64,000 bases of DNA from an uncultured delta proteobacterium (lineage in GTDB: Bacteria > Desulfobacterota > Desulfobacteria > Desulfobacterales > UBA5852), in contig CAVSSY010000012.1 of the NCBI GenBank assembly GCA_963730675.1, positions 99,008-163,007 on the forward strand, written 5' to 3'. The first letter of the stretch is position 1. Every line of letters starts with the position of its first letter. The position numbers were made by a program, and so were the translations under genes. The notes under the pieces were generated by a model, which saw only the letters and a list, made by a program, of their open reading frames with translations, made no database searches and was not told the DNA's origin. Positions 9,605 through 19,593 of this stretch are shown here, piece after piece.

Positions 9605-10801
9605 TCATTCTGAATGATCCATCGGCACTGCCCGGCCAGGGCGTTTACCCGGGGCATACCCCGCGATTCCGATCATGAATCGCACCACGCCGTAACTCAG
9701 CCAACTCGCCAGGCGCTGTCCGATGGATTGGGTTCTCCAGTTGTTCGCATTGATCCGCTGTGCCCCCGTCGCCATGGCCTGCTCCAGGCTGGACTTTAAT
9801 TCTTTGGCAAAGCCTTCATCGTCAACAACCACATTGGCTTCAAGTGACAGCAGCATGCTAAAGGGGTCGAGATTGGAAGAGCCCACCGTGGCCCAATGGC
9901 CATCGATCACGGCAACTTTGGCGTGCAGAAGACTTTGGTGATATTCATAGATCTCAATGCCTGCCGAGAGAAAACTGCCGTAGAGGGCATGGGAGGCATA
10001 ATGCAGCAATGGGTGATCCATCCTGCCCTGCAGCAGCAATACGACACGGACCCCGCGGCCGGCGGCGTCCACAAGTGCGTGACGGAAATTCAATCCGGGT
10101 AAAAAGTAGGCATTGGCAAGAATGATTTCACGCTGCGCCTGCTCGATTGCCTGCAGATAGGCTTCTTCGATATCGCGGCGGTGCAGGATATTGTTGCGTA
10201 CCAGAAAAGCCGCCTGCATCACCCCCGTGGATTCGGTTGAGGGTTTATATCTGCCATTTTCTCTGCCCCGGCCGGGAAGCCAGCGCATCCAGGCCACGCG
10301 CGACCATACCTGGCGGACAGCGTTATGAATGGCGATAACAAGAGGCCCTTCCACGCTTACCGCATAGTCCAAGCGCGTCGATGTCCGACCCTGAATGTCC
10401 ATATTGTCGATGATATTGATGCCGCCGACAAATGCGATCGTCCGGTCCACGACCACGATTTTGCGGTGCAGGCGACGCAGCCGGCGGCGCTTAAGCGTCC
10501 AGGGGGATGTCTTGGGGCGGAATTTCATCACCCATACGCCGGCCGCCTCAAGGTCCTCGACCATGGTTGGCGGCAAACCCATCGAGCCGAATCCATCGAT
10601 CAACAGGCGGGTTTTTACTCCCCGCAAGGCCGCCCGCTTGAGGACGCCTGCAATGCGCCGCCCGGTCGTGTCATCATTGAAGATATAGGTTTCCAGATAA
10701 ATGTCATGCTTTGCCCGATCCAAGGCCGCTTCGATGGCCGGGAAATAGGCCTGGCCGTTTTGCAGGAGACGGATGTGATTGTTTGAAATCATGCGGGTCA
10801 C
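9605..10801 (-). CDS. clsB: cardiolipin synthase ClsB-type (phospholipase D superfamily)
   Basis: Two HKD motifs (LHRKIVVVD...; LHAKVAVIDGHWATVGSSNLD). Colinear with my recollection of E. coli ClsB (LLQNGQAYFPA, ANAYFLPG, LEANVVV). Confidence 0.85.
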   Translation of the reverse strand: MTRMISNNHIRLLQNGQAYFPAIEAALDRAKHDIYLETYIFNDDTTGRRIAGVLKRAALRGVKTRLLIDGFGSMGLPPTMVEDLEAAGVWVMKFRPKTSPWTLKRRRLRRLHRKIVVVDRTIAFVGGINIIDNMDIQGRTSTRLDYAVSVEGPLVIAIHNAVRQVWSRVAWMRWLPGRGRENGRYKPSTESTGVMQAAFLVRNNILHRRDIEEAYLQAIEQAQREIILANAYFLPGLNFRHALVDAAGRGVRVVLLLQGRMDHPLLHYASHALYGSFLSAGIEIYEYHQSLLHAKVAVIDGHWATVGSSNLDPFSMLLSLEANVVVDDEGFAKELKSSLEQAMATGAQRINANNWRTQSIGQRLASWLSYGVVRFMIGIAGYAPGKRPGRAVPMDHSE

Positions 10802-10837
10802 AGCGGGCTTTTCCGTTCATGATACGCAAGATGCCTA

Positions 10838-11029
10838 TCACCCCCCAATACGAATCCCTTGGAGAGAGCCAATGATCCCGAAGACACTCAACAGCCAAAG
10901 GACTACGCCTCCAATCACGACGACATTGAGGATTTTCTTTATCGTGCTCTGCATCGGTATGTAGTTGTTGATGACCCATAGAATCACCCCAACGACAACC
11001 AGGACAATGAGCAATTGAAGTAACGGCAT
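10838..11029 (-). CDS. Thivi_2564-like small membrane protein (63 aa)
   Basis: MPLLQLLIVLVVVGVILWVINNYIPMQSTIKKILNVVVIGGVVLWLLSVFGIIGSLQGIRIGG. AGGAGA lies upstream of ATG 11027-11029. The longer track ORF would overlap the RNB gene. Confidence 0.5.
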   Translation of the reverse strand: MPLLQLLIVLVVVGVILWVINNYIPMQSTIKKILNVVVIGGVVLWLLSVFGIIGSLQGIRIGG

Positions 11030-11078
11030 CGTAATTCTCCTTTGATTTAAGGTTATCTCATGCGAATGTTTTTTATCA

Positions 11079-12566
11079 TCATGGATTTGATGATGTTTTC
11101 TTGAAATCGATATACCCTTTCTGCACATCCGTACGAACCAGTTGCACCTTGAGCCGCTGGCCCACATCGACGCCTTCAAACCCATCGATCAGCCGGCCTT
11201 CGATGGCTGGCTGAAATATGCGGACCCAGGTCCCTTTTCGGGCGGCACCCGTGCAGATGGCGTCAAACCGTTCTCCAATTCTGGAAGAGAGCAGCATGGC
11301 CGCCGCAGATTTCGCAACGAGCCGCTCGACTTTGTTGGCATCATTTTCCTTCTGGGTGCAGTGAAGGGCCAGTTCCGTCAATTCGTCCCGGCGGTAAGGC
11401 GCGTGCGCCCCCTCCATGACCGCCTTCAGGATGCGCTGGGTGATCAGGTCCGGAAACCGCCGGTTGGGCGCGGTCGAATGCATGTAATCTTTGACAGCCA
11501 AACCGAAGTGGCCGGGAGGTTCCTCGTCCTGGTCTTCGACGACATACTCGCCCGGCCCGAGCAGTTTGATGACGGCCAGCGACAGGTCGGGAAAGCGCAG
11601 CGGGTCGGCGGCTTTCCGCTCGACCAGGAACCCTTCGAGTGACTTGGCATCGGGCTGCGCCGGAAGCTTGAAATTGTGCTGCGCCGCGATCTCGACGATC
11701 CGATCCCAACGCTTGGGAGAGCGGACCATGCGCCGCAAGGCGGCGACCTTCTTACCGTGGAGAAAACGCGCGGTCACGCCGTTGGCCGCAATCATAAAAT
11801 CCTCGATGATCTCTTTGGCCCGGTTGCGCTCCTCCGCCCGCAGATCCTGGATTTCGTTTCCGGCAAAGACAGGGCGGGCTTCGCGTGTTTCCAGGTCCAG
11901 GGCCCCGTGTGCATGCCGCAGGCTTTTCAACTGTTGGGCCGCCCGGTCCTGGAGCCGGAGATTATCGGCCAGTCCCGGCACGGCCGCCACGGCCGCCGGC
12001 ATGGAACCTTTGCCTTCCAGCCAGGCGGCCACGCTGTCATAGGCGAGCTTGGCCTGGTTGCGCACCCGGGCGCGATAGATCGTCGCGTCCAGCAGCACAC
12101 CCCCGTCGTCCATCACCATTTCGATGACCATGGCCGGGCGGTCCTGATGGTAATTGAGCGAGGTAAGGTCCGTTGAGAGCTGCTCCGGCAGCATGGGAAA
12201 GATCCCGCCGGCGGTGTAAACCGAGGTCGTATTGTGGCGGGCATGCGCATCGATGGCCGAGTTCTTGCTGACGAGATCTCCCACGTCGGCGATGGCCACC
12301 AACACTTTTATCTGGTTATCCGCTGATAGAACTTCGGCCACGGTCAATTGGTCCAGATCCAGAGAATCATCGTTGTCAATGGATGACCAGAGCAGGTGGC
12401 GCAGGTCTATCCCGGCAGGTTCCGACCCACGACCGCCGTTCCGGACCGTCTCCAGTTCGCCGAGGGCATCCCGCGAAAAATCAGGCAGAAAGCCATATTC
12501 CTGCATTGCCCGGCGGGCGATCTGTTCCAGGACACCTTTTCGTCTTGTCTCTGACGGAGTTGCCAT
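11079..12566 (-). CDS. RNB-domain exoribonuclease (RNase II/R family) with C-terminal S1-like domain
   Basis: 495 aa. RNB motif HSTAPNRRFPDLITQR, and C-terminal GTWVRIFQPAIEGRL (S1 fold). Confidence 0.85.
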   Translation of the reverse strand: MATPSETRRKGVLEQIARRAMQEYGFLPDFSRDALGELETVRNGGRGSEPAGIDLRHLLWSSIDNDDSLDLDQLTVAEVLSADNQIKVLVAIADVGDLVSKNSAIDAHARHNTTSVYTAGGIFPMLPEQLSTDLTSLNYHQDRPAMVIEMVMDDGGVLLDATIYRARVRNQAKLAYDSVAAWLEGKGSMPAAVAAVPGLADNLRLQDRAAQQLKSLRHAHGALDLETREARPVFAGNEIQDLRAEERNRAKEIIEDFMIAANGVTARFLHGKKVAALRRMVRSPKRWDRIVEIAAQHNFKLPAQPDAKSLEGFLVERKAADPLRFPDLSLAVIKLLGPGEYVVEDQDEEPPGHFGLAVKDYMHSTAPNRRFPDLITQRILKAVMEGAHAPYRRDELTELALHCTQKENDANKVERLVAKSAAAMLLSSRIGERFDAICTGAARKGTWVRIFQPAIEGRLIDGFEGVDVGQRLKVQLVRTDVQKGYIDFKKTSSNP

Positions 12567-12615
12567 ACACCACCTTCTCTTATAGAGTCTCTTGCCTGTA
12601 ACAGTCAGCGTTCGC

Positions 12616-12930
12616 CTATTTCACGATCAGATCATTCTTGACCGATTTGACCCCCTTGACGCTAGACGCGATTTGACTGGCCTTATCGACGGCCTGCCGG
12701 GAATTGACAAAACCGCTCAGTTGAACGATGCCCTTGTAGGTCTCGACACCGATCTGGAAGGACTTGAGAAAATCATCCTCTGCCAGCAGGGATTTGACCT
12801 TGGTCGTGATGACCGAATCGTCCACGTATTCCCCCGTGCTTTCTTTTTTGGAGGTCGATGCGCAGGCCACCAAGGCGGCCACAAACATGATGAGTACGCA
12901 ATAGCCCACAACCCTACGTTTCGTTTTCAT
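12616..12930 (-). CDS. BON domain-containing lipoprotein (OsmY-like)
   Basis: Lipobox LVAC, then DDSVITTKVKSLLAED...GIVQLSGFVNSRQAVDKASQIASSVKGVKSVKNDLIV. Confidence 0.8.
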   Translation of the reverse strand: MKTKRRVVGYCVLIMFVAALVACASTSKKESTGEYVDDSVITTKVKSLLAEDDFLKSFQIGVETYKGIVQLSGFVNSRQAVDKASQIASSVKGVKSVKNDLIVK

Positions 12931-12947
12931 AGCCGTTACTCCTTTTT

Positions 12948-13169
12948 CTAATGGTTTTTCTCCGATGGTATTGTCTTGATTTTACGAAAGCTGCCGTGCA
13001 GCAACCAGCCCAGGAGAATGCCGATGGATAAAATCAGGAACATCAGTAAGGCCCTGGACATCGACAGTGTCCAGAACAAAAACGTCAGCTCCATGGTGGT
13101 GACATTCTGGAGAATGAATAAGGCGACCACGGCAGCCAGAATCAATCCAATTATGAGTTTAAAACTCAT
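12948..13169 (-). CDS. LapA/DUF1049-family small membrane protein
   Basis: Two TM helices with FILQNVTTMELTFLFW, typical of the family. Confidence 0.65.
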   Translation of the reverse strand: MSFKLIIGLILAAVVALFILQNVTTMELTFLFWTLSMSRALLMFLILSIGILLGWLLHGSFRKIKTIPSEKNH

Positions 13170-13190
13170 CGCAAGTCCTCCACATTCAAC

Positions 13191-13367
13191 CTATTCTTTT
13201 ACGCGCGAAGCATAGCAAATGGGACGATGTTGCCCTTCCCGCGGCGCTTCCGTATAGAATGGTTGGTTTCCTAATTGATCCTTTCCCTCGATGCGGTTCG
13301 ATTCGAAATCCGTTTCGATCAGCGCCCTGACATAGGTCTGAACATCATCTTGCAGGATATTCGCCAT
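13191..13367 (-). CDS. hypothetical 58-aa protein
   Basis: ATG 13365-13367 lies 5 nt after AGGAGG. MANILQDDVQTYVRALIETDFESNRIEGKDQLGNQPFYTEAPREGQHRPICYASRVKE. No family recognised; below the track cut-off. Confidence 0.35.
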   Translation of the reverse strand: MANILQDDVQTYVRALIETDFESNRIEGKDQLGNQPFYTEAPREGQHRPICYASRVKE

Positions 13368-13428
13368 GTGAGCCTCCTGTAATATTTACTCAGGGTAGAA
13401 CGCCTTGCCGACGATCCCATTTCGATGA

Positions 13429-15327
13429 TCAGGCGGCAAGGGACGGTGCGGCGGACGACAGCATCTTTCTGAGCTCGTCGCCCTGGACACTTTCCTGTTG
13501 GGAGAGGAGATGTGCCAGAGCATCGAGGACGGTGCGTCGCTCCGCTAGGATCTTGCGCACCCGTTGATGGGCTTCATCGACGAACCGTGCGACCTCGTCA
13601 TCGATCTGCGCGGCTTTGGCTTCGCTGTAGACTTTGCCGTTCGAAAAACTTTCGGGCAAAAACATCGGCTGACGTGACCGTTCGTAGTTCACCAGTCCCA
13701 TGGCTTCGCTCATGCCATATTCCGTGACCATGGCCCGGGCAATGTCCGAGGCGCGCTGCAGATCGTTCTGGGCGCCGGTTGATATTTCATTGAACACCAG
13801 TTCCTCCGCGACACGCCCTCCCAGAAGGACGGCCAGCCGGTCGAGCAGTTCCGAACGGGTCAACAGATAGCGGTCTTCCGTGGGCTGCTGCTGGGTATAG
13901 CCGAGCGCCGCAATTCCGCGCGGAATGATGGAAATTTTGTGCACCGGGTCGGCATGTTCCACAGATTCGGCCACAATGGCATGTCCCGACTCGTGGAAGG
14001 CGACAATTTCTTTTTCCTGCGAATTCATCACCCGGTTCTTTTTCTGAAGACCGGCCACCACCCGATCGATGGCCTCGTCGAAATCCACTGCCTCGACCTG
14101 TTCCTTATTGTTGCGGGCCGCCAGCAAGGCCGCTTCATTGATGATATTGGCCAGGTCCGCGCCGACAAAGCCCGGCGTGCGGCCGGCGATCCCGCGCAGG
14201 TCGACTTCCGGACCCAACAGAACATTTTGGGAATGGATTTTCAGGATGGCTTCCCGCCCATTGATGTCCGGGCGGTCCACCAGGACCTGCCGGTCCAAAC
14301 GCCCCGGCCTTAACAGGGCCGGATCCAGAATTTCAGGCCGGTTGGTGGCGGCCATGATGATGACCCCTTGATTCGTTTCGAAGCCGTCCATCTCCACCAG
14401 GAGTTGGTTGAGCGTCTGCTCCCGTTCGTCATGCCCGCCCATGACGTTCATACCCCGGGCTTTGCCGAGGGCGTCCAGTTCGTCGATGAAGATGATGCAC
14501 GGCGCCTGAAGAGCGGCTTGCGAGAACAGATCGCGGACGCGGGCCGCCCCCACGCCGACAAACATTTCTACAAACTCGGATCCGCTGATGCTGAAGAAGG
14601 GCACTTGGGCCTCTCCGGCCACGGCCTTTGCCAGAAGCGTTTTCCCGGTTCCCGGCGGACCGACCAGAAGCACTCCCTTGGGGATCCGGCCCCCCAATTT
14701 CTGAAATTTTTCGGGCGTCTTTAGAAATTCGACTACTTCCTGGAGTTCTTCCTTGGCCTCATCGATCCCCGCCACATCATCGAACGAAACCCTGGTATCG
14801 GTCTGTGCGAAAATTTTGGCTTTGCTCTTGCTGAAAGACATGACCCCCAATCCAGAGCCCATCTTTTTCATGACAAATCGCCAGAGCAGGAAAAATATGC
14901 CAATGGGCAGAATCCACCCGAGAAGGCCGCTCAGAAATTTGTTTTCATATTGTCCCGAATAGTTGACTTTGCCTTCATCGAGGACTTTGACCAGATCGGG
15001 GTCGTTCACACGAACCGTTGTAAACTCACGCGCAGGGGTACCTTTCAGGGTTCCCCTGATATTGTCGGGGCCGATGGTCACCTTGTCGACGGTGCCTTCA
15101 TCGAGGTATTGTTTAAATTGGCTGTAGGGAATGGTTTCCACTTTGCCGGAGAAGAGATATTGCTGCATATACATGACAAAAAGCATGGTGATGAGAAAAT
15201 ACCAAATGCTGAAACGCGCTTTGGGCGGCAGCGCCCCCTCAGTGTTTTTCGGGGCACTGGAAACGAAGAGGGAACGAAGCTTCCCCATCAGGTTGTCCAG
15301 AAGCTCTTTTTTCTTGTCATTTGCCAT
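13429..15327 (-). CDS. ftsH: ATP-dependent zinc metalloprotease FtsH
   Basis: Walker [19 protein letters not shown], second region of homology, and zinc motif HESGHAIVA. 632 aa with two N-terminal TM helices. Confidence 0.95.
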   Translation of the reverse strand: MANDKKKELLDNLMGKLRSLFVSSAPKNTEGALPPKARFSIWYFLITMLFVMYMQQYLFSGKVETIPYSQFKQYLDEGTVDKVTIGPDNIRGTLKGTPAREFTTVRVNDPDLVKVLDEGKVNYSGQYENKFLSGLLGWILPIGIFFLLWRFVMKKMGSGLGVMSFSKSKAKIFAQTDTRVSFDDVAGIDEAKEELQEVVEFLKTPEKFQKLGGRIPKGVLLVGPPGTGKTLLAKAVAGEAQVPFFSISGSEFVEMFVGVGAARVRDLFSQAALQAPCIIFIDELDALGKARGMNVMGGHDEREQTLNQLLVEMDGFETNQGVIIMAATNRPEILDPALLRPGRLDRQVLVDRPDINGREAILKIHSQNVLLGPEVDLRGIAGRTPGFVGADLANIINEAALLAARNNKEQVEAVDFDEAIDRVVAGLQKKNRVMNSQEKEIVAFHESGHAIVAESVEHADPVHKISIIPRGIAALGYTQQQPTEDRYLLTRSELLDRLAVLLGGRVAEELVFNEISTGAQNDLQRASDIARAMVTEYGMSEAMGLVNYERSRQPMFLPESFSNGKVYSEAKAAQIDDEVARFVDEAHQRVRKILAERRTVLDALAHLLSQQESVQGDELRKMLSSAAPSLAA

Positions 15328-15487
15328 TTTCGATTACCCTCTTTGAGCTGCGATACGCCGCTATCTGTAAATACAATCTTTATGCCAGGCTTCTATATCT
15401 CGCCTTAGCATTGGCCATCATATTGAATTAATGTGTTATTTAGATTTTATAGGGATCCTGCACCGGTATGGGCAGACCTTTATAAAA

Positions 15488-15518
15488 GGTCATATATGAT
15501 CTATGGCCACATATGACC
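15488..15518. promoter_or_regulatory. copy 3 of the conserved 31-nt motif (GGTCATATATGATCTATGGCCACATATGACC)
   Basis: Ungapped alignment to the copies at 3070 and 6343. Lies 161 nt upstream (minus sense) of the ftsH ATG. Confidence 0.5.
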
Positions 15519-15595
15519 TGACTTTTGGATCATTTGTCATGGGGTAAATGGCGGGTATAAATAGGAAGGAACAGTCGAATTTCGGAGAAGGGAGT

Positions 15596-17077
15596 TTATG
15601 GCTTGCGGATATCGAGCTTGCGGATGCGGGCGCGCAGGGTACTGCGATTAAGTCCCAGAATTTCCGCCGCGCTGTTTTCCCCGCTCACTTTCCATTGGGT
15701 TTGTTCAAGCACCCGAACGATGTGCGCCCGTTCGACATCCGCCAGGCTTCGATTGGCTTCGGTCGAATCTTTGCTGGGTTTTTTCAGTTCGTCCACCAGG
15801 TGCAGTTTGGGCCCCGAGGAATTGATCACCGCGCGCTCGAGAACGTTTTCAAGCTCGCGGATATTCCCGGGCCAATGATAGTTCTCCAGCGTGCTCATCA
15901 CACTGACCGGAACCACCCCGATGGATTTACCGAGTCTTTTCGAAATTTTGTCGACGAAAAAATGAACGAGCAGCGGAATGTCTTCCCTGCGTGCTCTGAG
16001 GGGCGGCAGGGTGATCGGGAAAATATTGAGCCGGTACCAGAGATCCTCCCGGAACGTGCCCCTGCGCACCTCCGCCTCCAGATTGCGATTGGTGGCCGCA
16101 ATAATGCGTACATCGGCCTTGATCGTTTCGGAACTGCCCAGGCGTTCGAACTCACCGGTTTCGATGACTTGCAGAAGTTTGGGCTGCAAATCCAGGGGCA
16201 GTTCGCCGATCTCATCCAGGAACAGGGTGGTGCCGTTGGCAACCTCGAAGCGCCCCAGCCGTCGGGAATGCGCATTGGTGAAGGCCCCTTTCTCATGGCC
16301 GAAAAGTTCGCTTTCAATCAGATTCGAAGGCAACGCGGCACAATTCATTTTAACCAGAGCGCGATCCTTACGCTGGCTCAAGCCATGAATGGCCCGCGCC
16401 ACCAGTTCCTTGCCGGTTCCGGTTTCACCGAGAACGAGGACATTGGTATCCGAGGACGCGATCTGCTCGACCTTGTAAAACACATATTTTATTTCATCGC
16501 TGCGGCCGATAATATTCTCGTGGTTAAATTCCAGTTTGATTTCTTCTTGCAAATAGGCGCGTTCGGCTTCGAGTTGGTCCTTTAATTGCCGTATTTCTTC
16601 CAGCGCGTTTTCAGCCGTCTGCTTGCTGTTTTCAGCCTCTTGCTTTGCGGCAATGAGTTCGGCTGTCCGCGTTTCGACCATTCCCTCAAGATCTTTTTTG
16701 TAGTATTCACGCTCGGTAACATCCTCGACGGCCAAAAGAATCAGTTGGGTTTGGTTTTCGTTACTATATATCCGCCTGGCATTCAGATGCATGATCTTGG
16801 GGCCGATCGTTTCGAAGTTGTGTTCCACTTCAAAATCATTGAAAGTGGTGTTCTGCGGAAGGATGTCTTCAAGCAATTCTCTCAGTTTGGGAATATCCCA
16901 TTGCCGGTTGCCCAACTCATATATCAGCACCCCCTCTGTGTGCTCGGGCGACGCGTCAAAGGTGCGGTAAAATGAATCGTTGGCCATTACAACGATCAGG
17001 TCGGCGTCGAGCACCAGCAATGGCTCTCGAATCGAATCCAAGATGCTGTCAAATAGTTTAAGAAAGTCTTGTTTCAT
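15596..17077 (-). CDS. sigma-54-dependent transcriptional activator, PAS sensor + AAA+ + Fis-type HTH
   Basis: N-terminal PAS, Walker [15 protein letters not shown] loop (GAFTGA variant), and C-terminal HTH AAEILGLNRSTLRARIRKL. Confidence 0.9.
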   Translation of the reverse strand: MKQDFLKLFDSILDSIREPLLVLDADLIVVMANDSFYRTFDASPEHTEGVLIYELGNRQWDIPKLRELLEDILPQNTTFNDFEVEHNFETIGPKIMHLNARRIYSNENQTQLILLAVEDVTEREYYKKDLEGMVETRTAELIAAKQEAENSKQTAENALEEIRQLKDQLEAERAYLQEEIKLEFNHENIIGRSDEIKYVFYKVEQIASSDTNVLVLGETGTGKELVARAIHGLSQRKDRALVKMNCAALPSNLIESELFGHEKGAFTNAHSRRLGRFEVANGTTLFLDEIGELPLDLQPKLLQVIETGEFERLGSSETIKADVRIIAATNRNLEAEVRRGTFREDLWYRLNIFPITLPPLRARREDIPLLVHFFVDKISKRLGKSIGVVPVSVMSTLENYHWPGNIRELENVLERAVINSSGPKLHLVDELKKPSKDSTEANRSLADVERAHIVRVLEQTQWKVSGENSAAEILGLNRSTLRARIRKLDIRKP

Positions 17078-17599
17078 TCACTAAACCCGCGCGCGCCGTC
17101 CGCCTGATTGTCGGGTCATTTCCAGGCCGATGCTGTTTGTCCATCATCACGTTTCCAATTTAGGTTCGTTGTCACAACAATGCAACCGGAGCAAGGACAT
17201 GTAAGGGGGAGGTGATGAATCGAATATGGCAGGTTGTCAAAATCGATAGTTTGTTTACGACATAGTAGTATCACAAATTTGATGGTTTCGCAAAAAGTTC
17301 GAGATCAAGGCTTGCGAATCTCGAGGAATACCGCAGTCGCGGGAGCTGAAGGCCGCGTAACGCCGCTATCGGATTTTTTACAAAACTGTCAAGCTTGTCT
17401 TCCGATCCGACCCGCTCACAACTTCCGGACCTTCCGTTAGCAGAAGACGTCGATAAAGGTCTGTGAGAATTCACCCGCCGTCAATGGTGCCATAGCGCCG
17501 GTTCAATGGGGGGAGCTCCTTCCGGCATATTCCTTGTGGAACATGTATCGACGGCCAATTTCAAATTCGAAGCTGTAAATCACTGACCCAATGGGCGGG

Positions 17600-19552
17600 T
17601 TAGAACGGCTGCGCCTCGAGATGCTCCAGAAGAATGCGCCGCACTTCCTCGATGGTGAGCGGGTTGTCCTGGGATGAGTGACCGCTGCGAACGATGAATT
17701 CCGAGGCTACGCCCTCCAGGTGGGCGCTCCGATACGCCACCACGCCATCGTCGCCTTCCGTGGGATCGCCATCCCCCTCGACGGCGATGATGGAATGCGC
17801 CGTGACACCGCTCTCGATGGGAATCGCGGCCAGGGCGTTCAGGATCGGATTGTCCGGGGACATCCCGTCCAGACTGGTCGGGATGCGCCCTTCCAATTGG
17901 TAGGGCAACTTTAGCTTGTCGGAGATCTTCAGGATAGAGGCGAACCCGGTGAACATGTCGGCGGGAAGGTCCAAAATGCGGCGAAACAGGTTCCCAATTT
18001 TTCGGCCGGCCAGGAAACTGCCGCGATGGGGCGTGGAAATAAAAACGACACGCTTGACGAAGGGCAGCGGTTCGATGAAGAGCCACCTCCGAAGCAGTTC
18101 TTGGCCTTCCGGGGACAGATCCGCTTGCTCGAAGGGGGTATCGCTCAACGAGCGCCAGAGAAGGTCGCCGGTTCGCACCACCGTCGTTTTGGCCAGCAGC
18201 CCCCCCTGGCTGTGACCGATGACCACCATCTGATTCATGGCCGGGTCTGTCCCCCCGGGGTCACAGGCGCGCCGTGTTGCGGTCAGGGACCTGCGCAGGG
18301 CATCGGCCGAATCCAGGATGGGGCGGCTGCTGTTGTAACGGAAGAACCAGAACTGGTACCGCTTGCGTAGTTGCGGGTCCCCGCGCAGGGTGTTGAGCAT
18401 TTCCGCCCACCAGACCAGGTCGCTGGCGGTCCCATGCACAAAGACCACCGGAATTCGACCCCGCTGGTAAGGCTGGCTCATCACAAGCTGCGGCTTGATC
18501 TGCTCTCTGATCCGCAAGAACCGCCACATCCCCTGGGACCAAACATCCGGGTCATCCAGGGCATAGGCGATGGCCGCGGTGACATCGCTTTCCAGCGGCA
18601 CGGATCGGCCGTCGACGCTTACCTCGGAGGCGTCGTACGTGGCGTGCAATTCCAATACGGCCTGAAGCCCGCCGCTCCCAAATTTGCTGCCGCCGGTGAG
18701 ACGGAAAAAGGCCGTCAGCGGGACCACCCGCTTGCCGGAAAATCGTTTTTCGCTTGAATTCACGGCGATCAGTGGCAATCCCAGACCGGCCGTTCGATTG
18801 CGGACGGTGAAGCCATGCACCAGGTAGTCGTCGGAACACAGAATCTGGTCAAACTGGTCCAAATCCCATTCAAAGGCGCTGGTGTCGATGGACAGCGACA
18901 AAGGCCCGCTGGGCAGGTTCCGGACGCCGTCCCGCAGCACGACCCGGCCGCCTTCTCCGGTGGCCAGGCCTTTTCCCAGGGCCCGGTTGTGGATGTCACA
19001 GGCTTGGCGGAAGCGGTCGTCATAGGGGCTGGGGGTTGCCTCCCGGCTGTCTCCCATCAAAAACAGATAGGCGTAGAGGGCCGCGCTGAGGTAATAGTCC
19101 GGCGCCTGGGCTTTTTGTTCGAGAGAAGCTCTCTTTTCTAGGGCCTCGCCATACAGAAAGCTCAATTCCGCCAGGGCGAAACGCAGATCCCGCCGGTCAT
19201 CGCCGCCCGTCACCTTCTGCTGCAACGTGTCGAGGACGGCTTCAGGGTCCTGTTTGAAGCGTTCCAAAAGACCGTAGCGTAGTAAAACAACTTTGGTATT
19301 GTAGCTGGGCGTGGGCCCCGAAAGGGCGTAGGCGCTTACTTCCAGGTACGCACCCCGCAGGCCGGCCGGTTTGAGACCCACGGGGGTGGCGCAGCCGGCC
19401 AGCACAGCCGCCAGCATGACCCCTAGGGCGAAAGCCCGCCGCCAGCGGGGCGGCGACCCGTCGCGCTTGATGCGGCAACGTCCGGGTGGCGGCCCGGGGT
19501 GGCCGGGCCCGGCCATCTTTGCTGTCGTGCCACGATTGGCAAGGCTGCTCAC
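17600..19552 (-). CDS. alpha/beta-hydrolase-fold lipoprotein (putative esterase/lipase); true start uncertain
   Basis: Lipobox LAAVLAGC near the N-terminus. Nucleophile elbow VVIGHSQGGLLAK in the C-terminal half. Confidence 0.6.
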   Translation of the reverse strand: MSSLANRGTTAKMAGPGHPGPPPGRCRIKRDGSPPRWRRAFALGVMLAAVLAGCATPVGLKPAGLRGAYLEVSAYALSGPTPSYNTKVVLLRYGLLERFKQDPEAVLDTLQQKVTGGDDRRDLRFALAELSFLYGEALEKRASLEQKAQAPDYYLSAALYAYLFLMGDSREATPSPYDDRFRQACDIHNRALGKGLATGEGGRVVLRDGVRNLPSGPLSLSIDTSAFEWDLDQFDQILCSDDYLVHGFTVRNRTAGLGLPLIAVNSSEKRFSGKRVVPLTAFFRLTGGSKFGSGGLQAVLELHATYDASEVSVDGRSVPLESDVTAAIAYALDDPDVWSQGMWRFLRIREQIKPQLVMSQPYQRGRIPVVFVHGTASDLVWWAEMLNTLRGDPQLRKRYQFWFFRYNSSRPILDSADALRRSLTATRRACDPGGTDPAMNQMVVIGHSQGGLLAKTTVVRTGDLLWRSLSDTPFEQADLSPEGQELLRRWLFIEPLPFVKRVVFISTPHRGSFLAGRKIGNLFRRILDLPADMFTGFASILKISDKLKLPYQLEGRIPTSLDGMSPDNPILNALAAIPIESGVTAHSIIAVEGDGDPTEGDDGVVAYRSAHLEGVASEFIVRSGHSSQDNPLTIEEVRRILLEHLEAQPF

Positions 19553-19593
19553 CGGTTGAAACCCCTCTGAAAACGGTCGCTCGTGACGGCCCG

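Noticed and set aside
9605-10801. PLD-superfamily protein next to a primase-like remnant, considered as a possible nuclease or defence pair
   Set aside because: The protein is colinear along its whole length with E. coli ClsB as I recall it (both HKD motifs and the flanking blocks). It is therefore a lipid synthase rather than a Nuc/BfiI-type nuclease.
13295-13307. GGTTCGATTCGAA, resembling a tRNA T-loop
   Set aside because: The flanking bases cannot form a T-stem or acceptor stem, and the sequence lies inside a small ORF. I saw no tRNA-like cloverleaf anywhere in the window.
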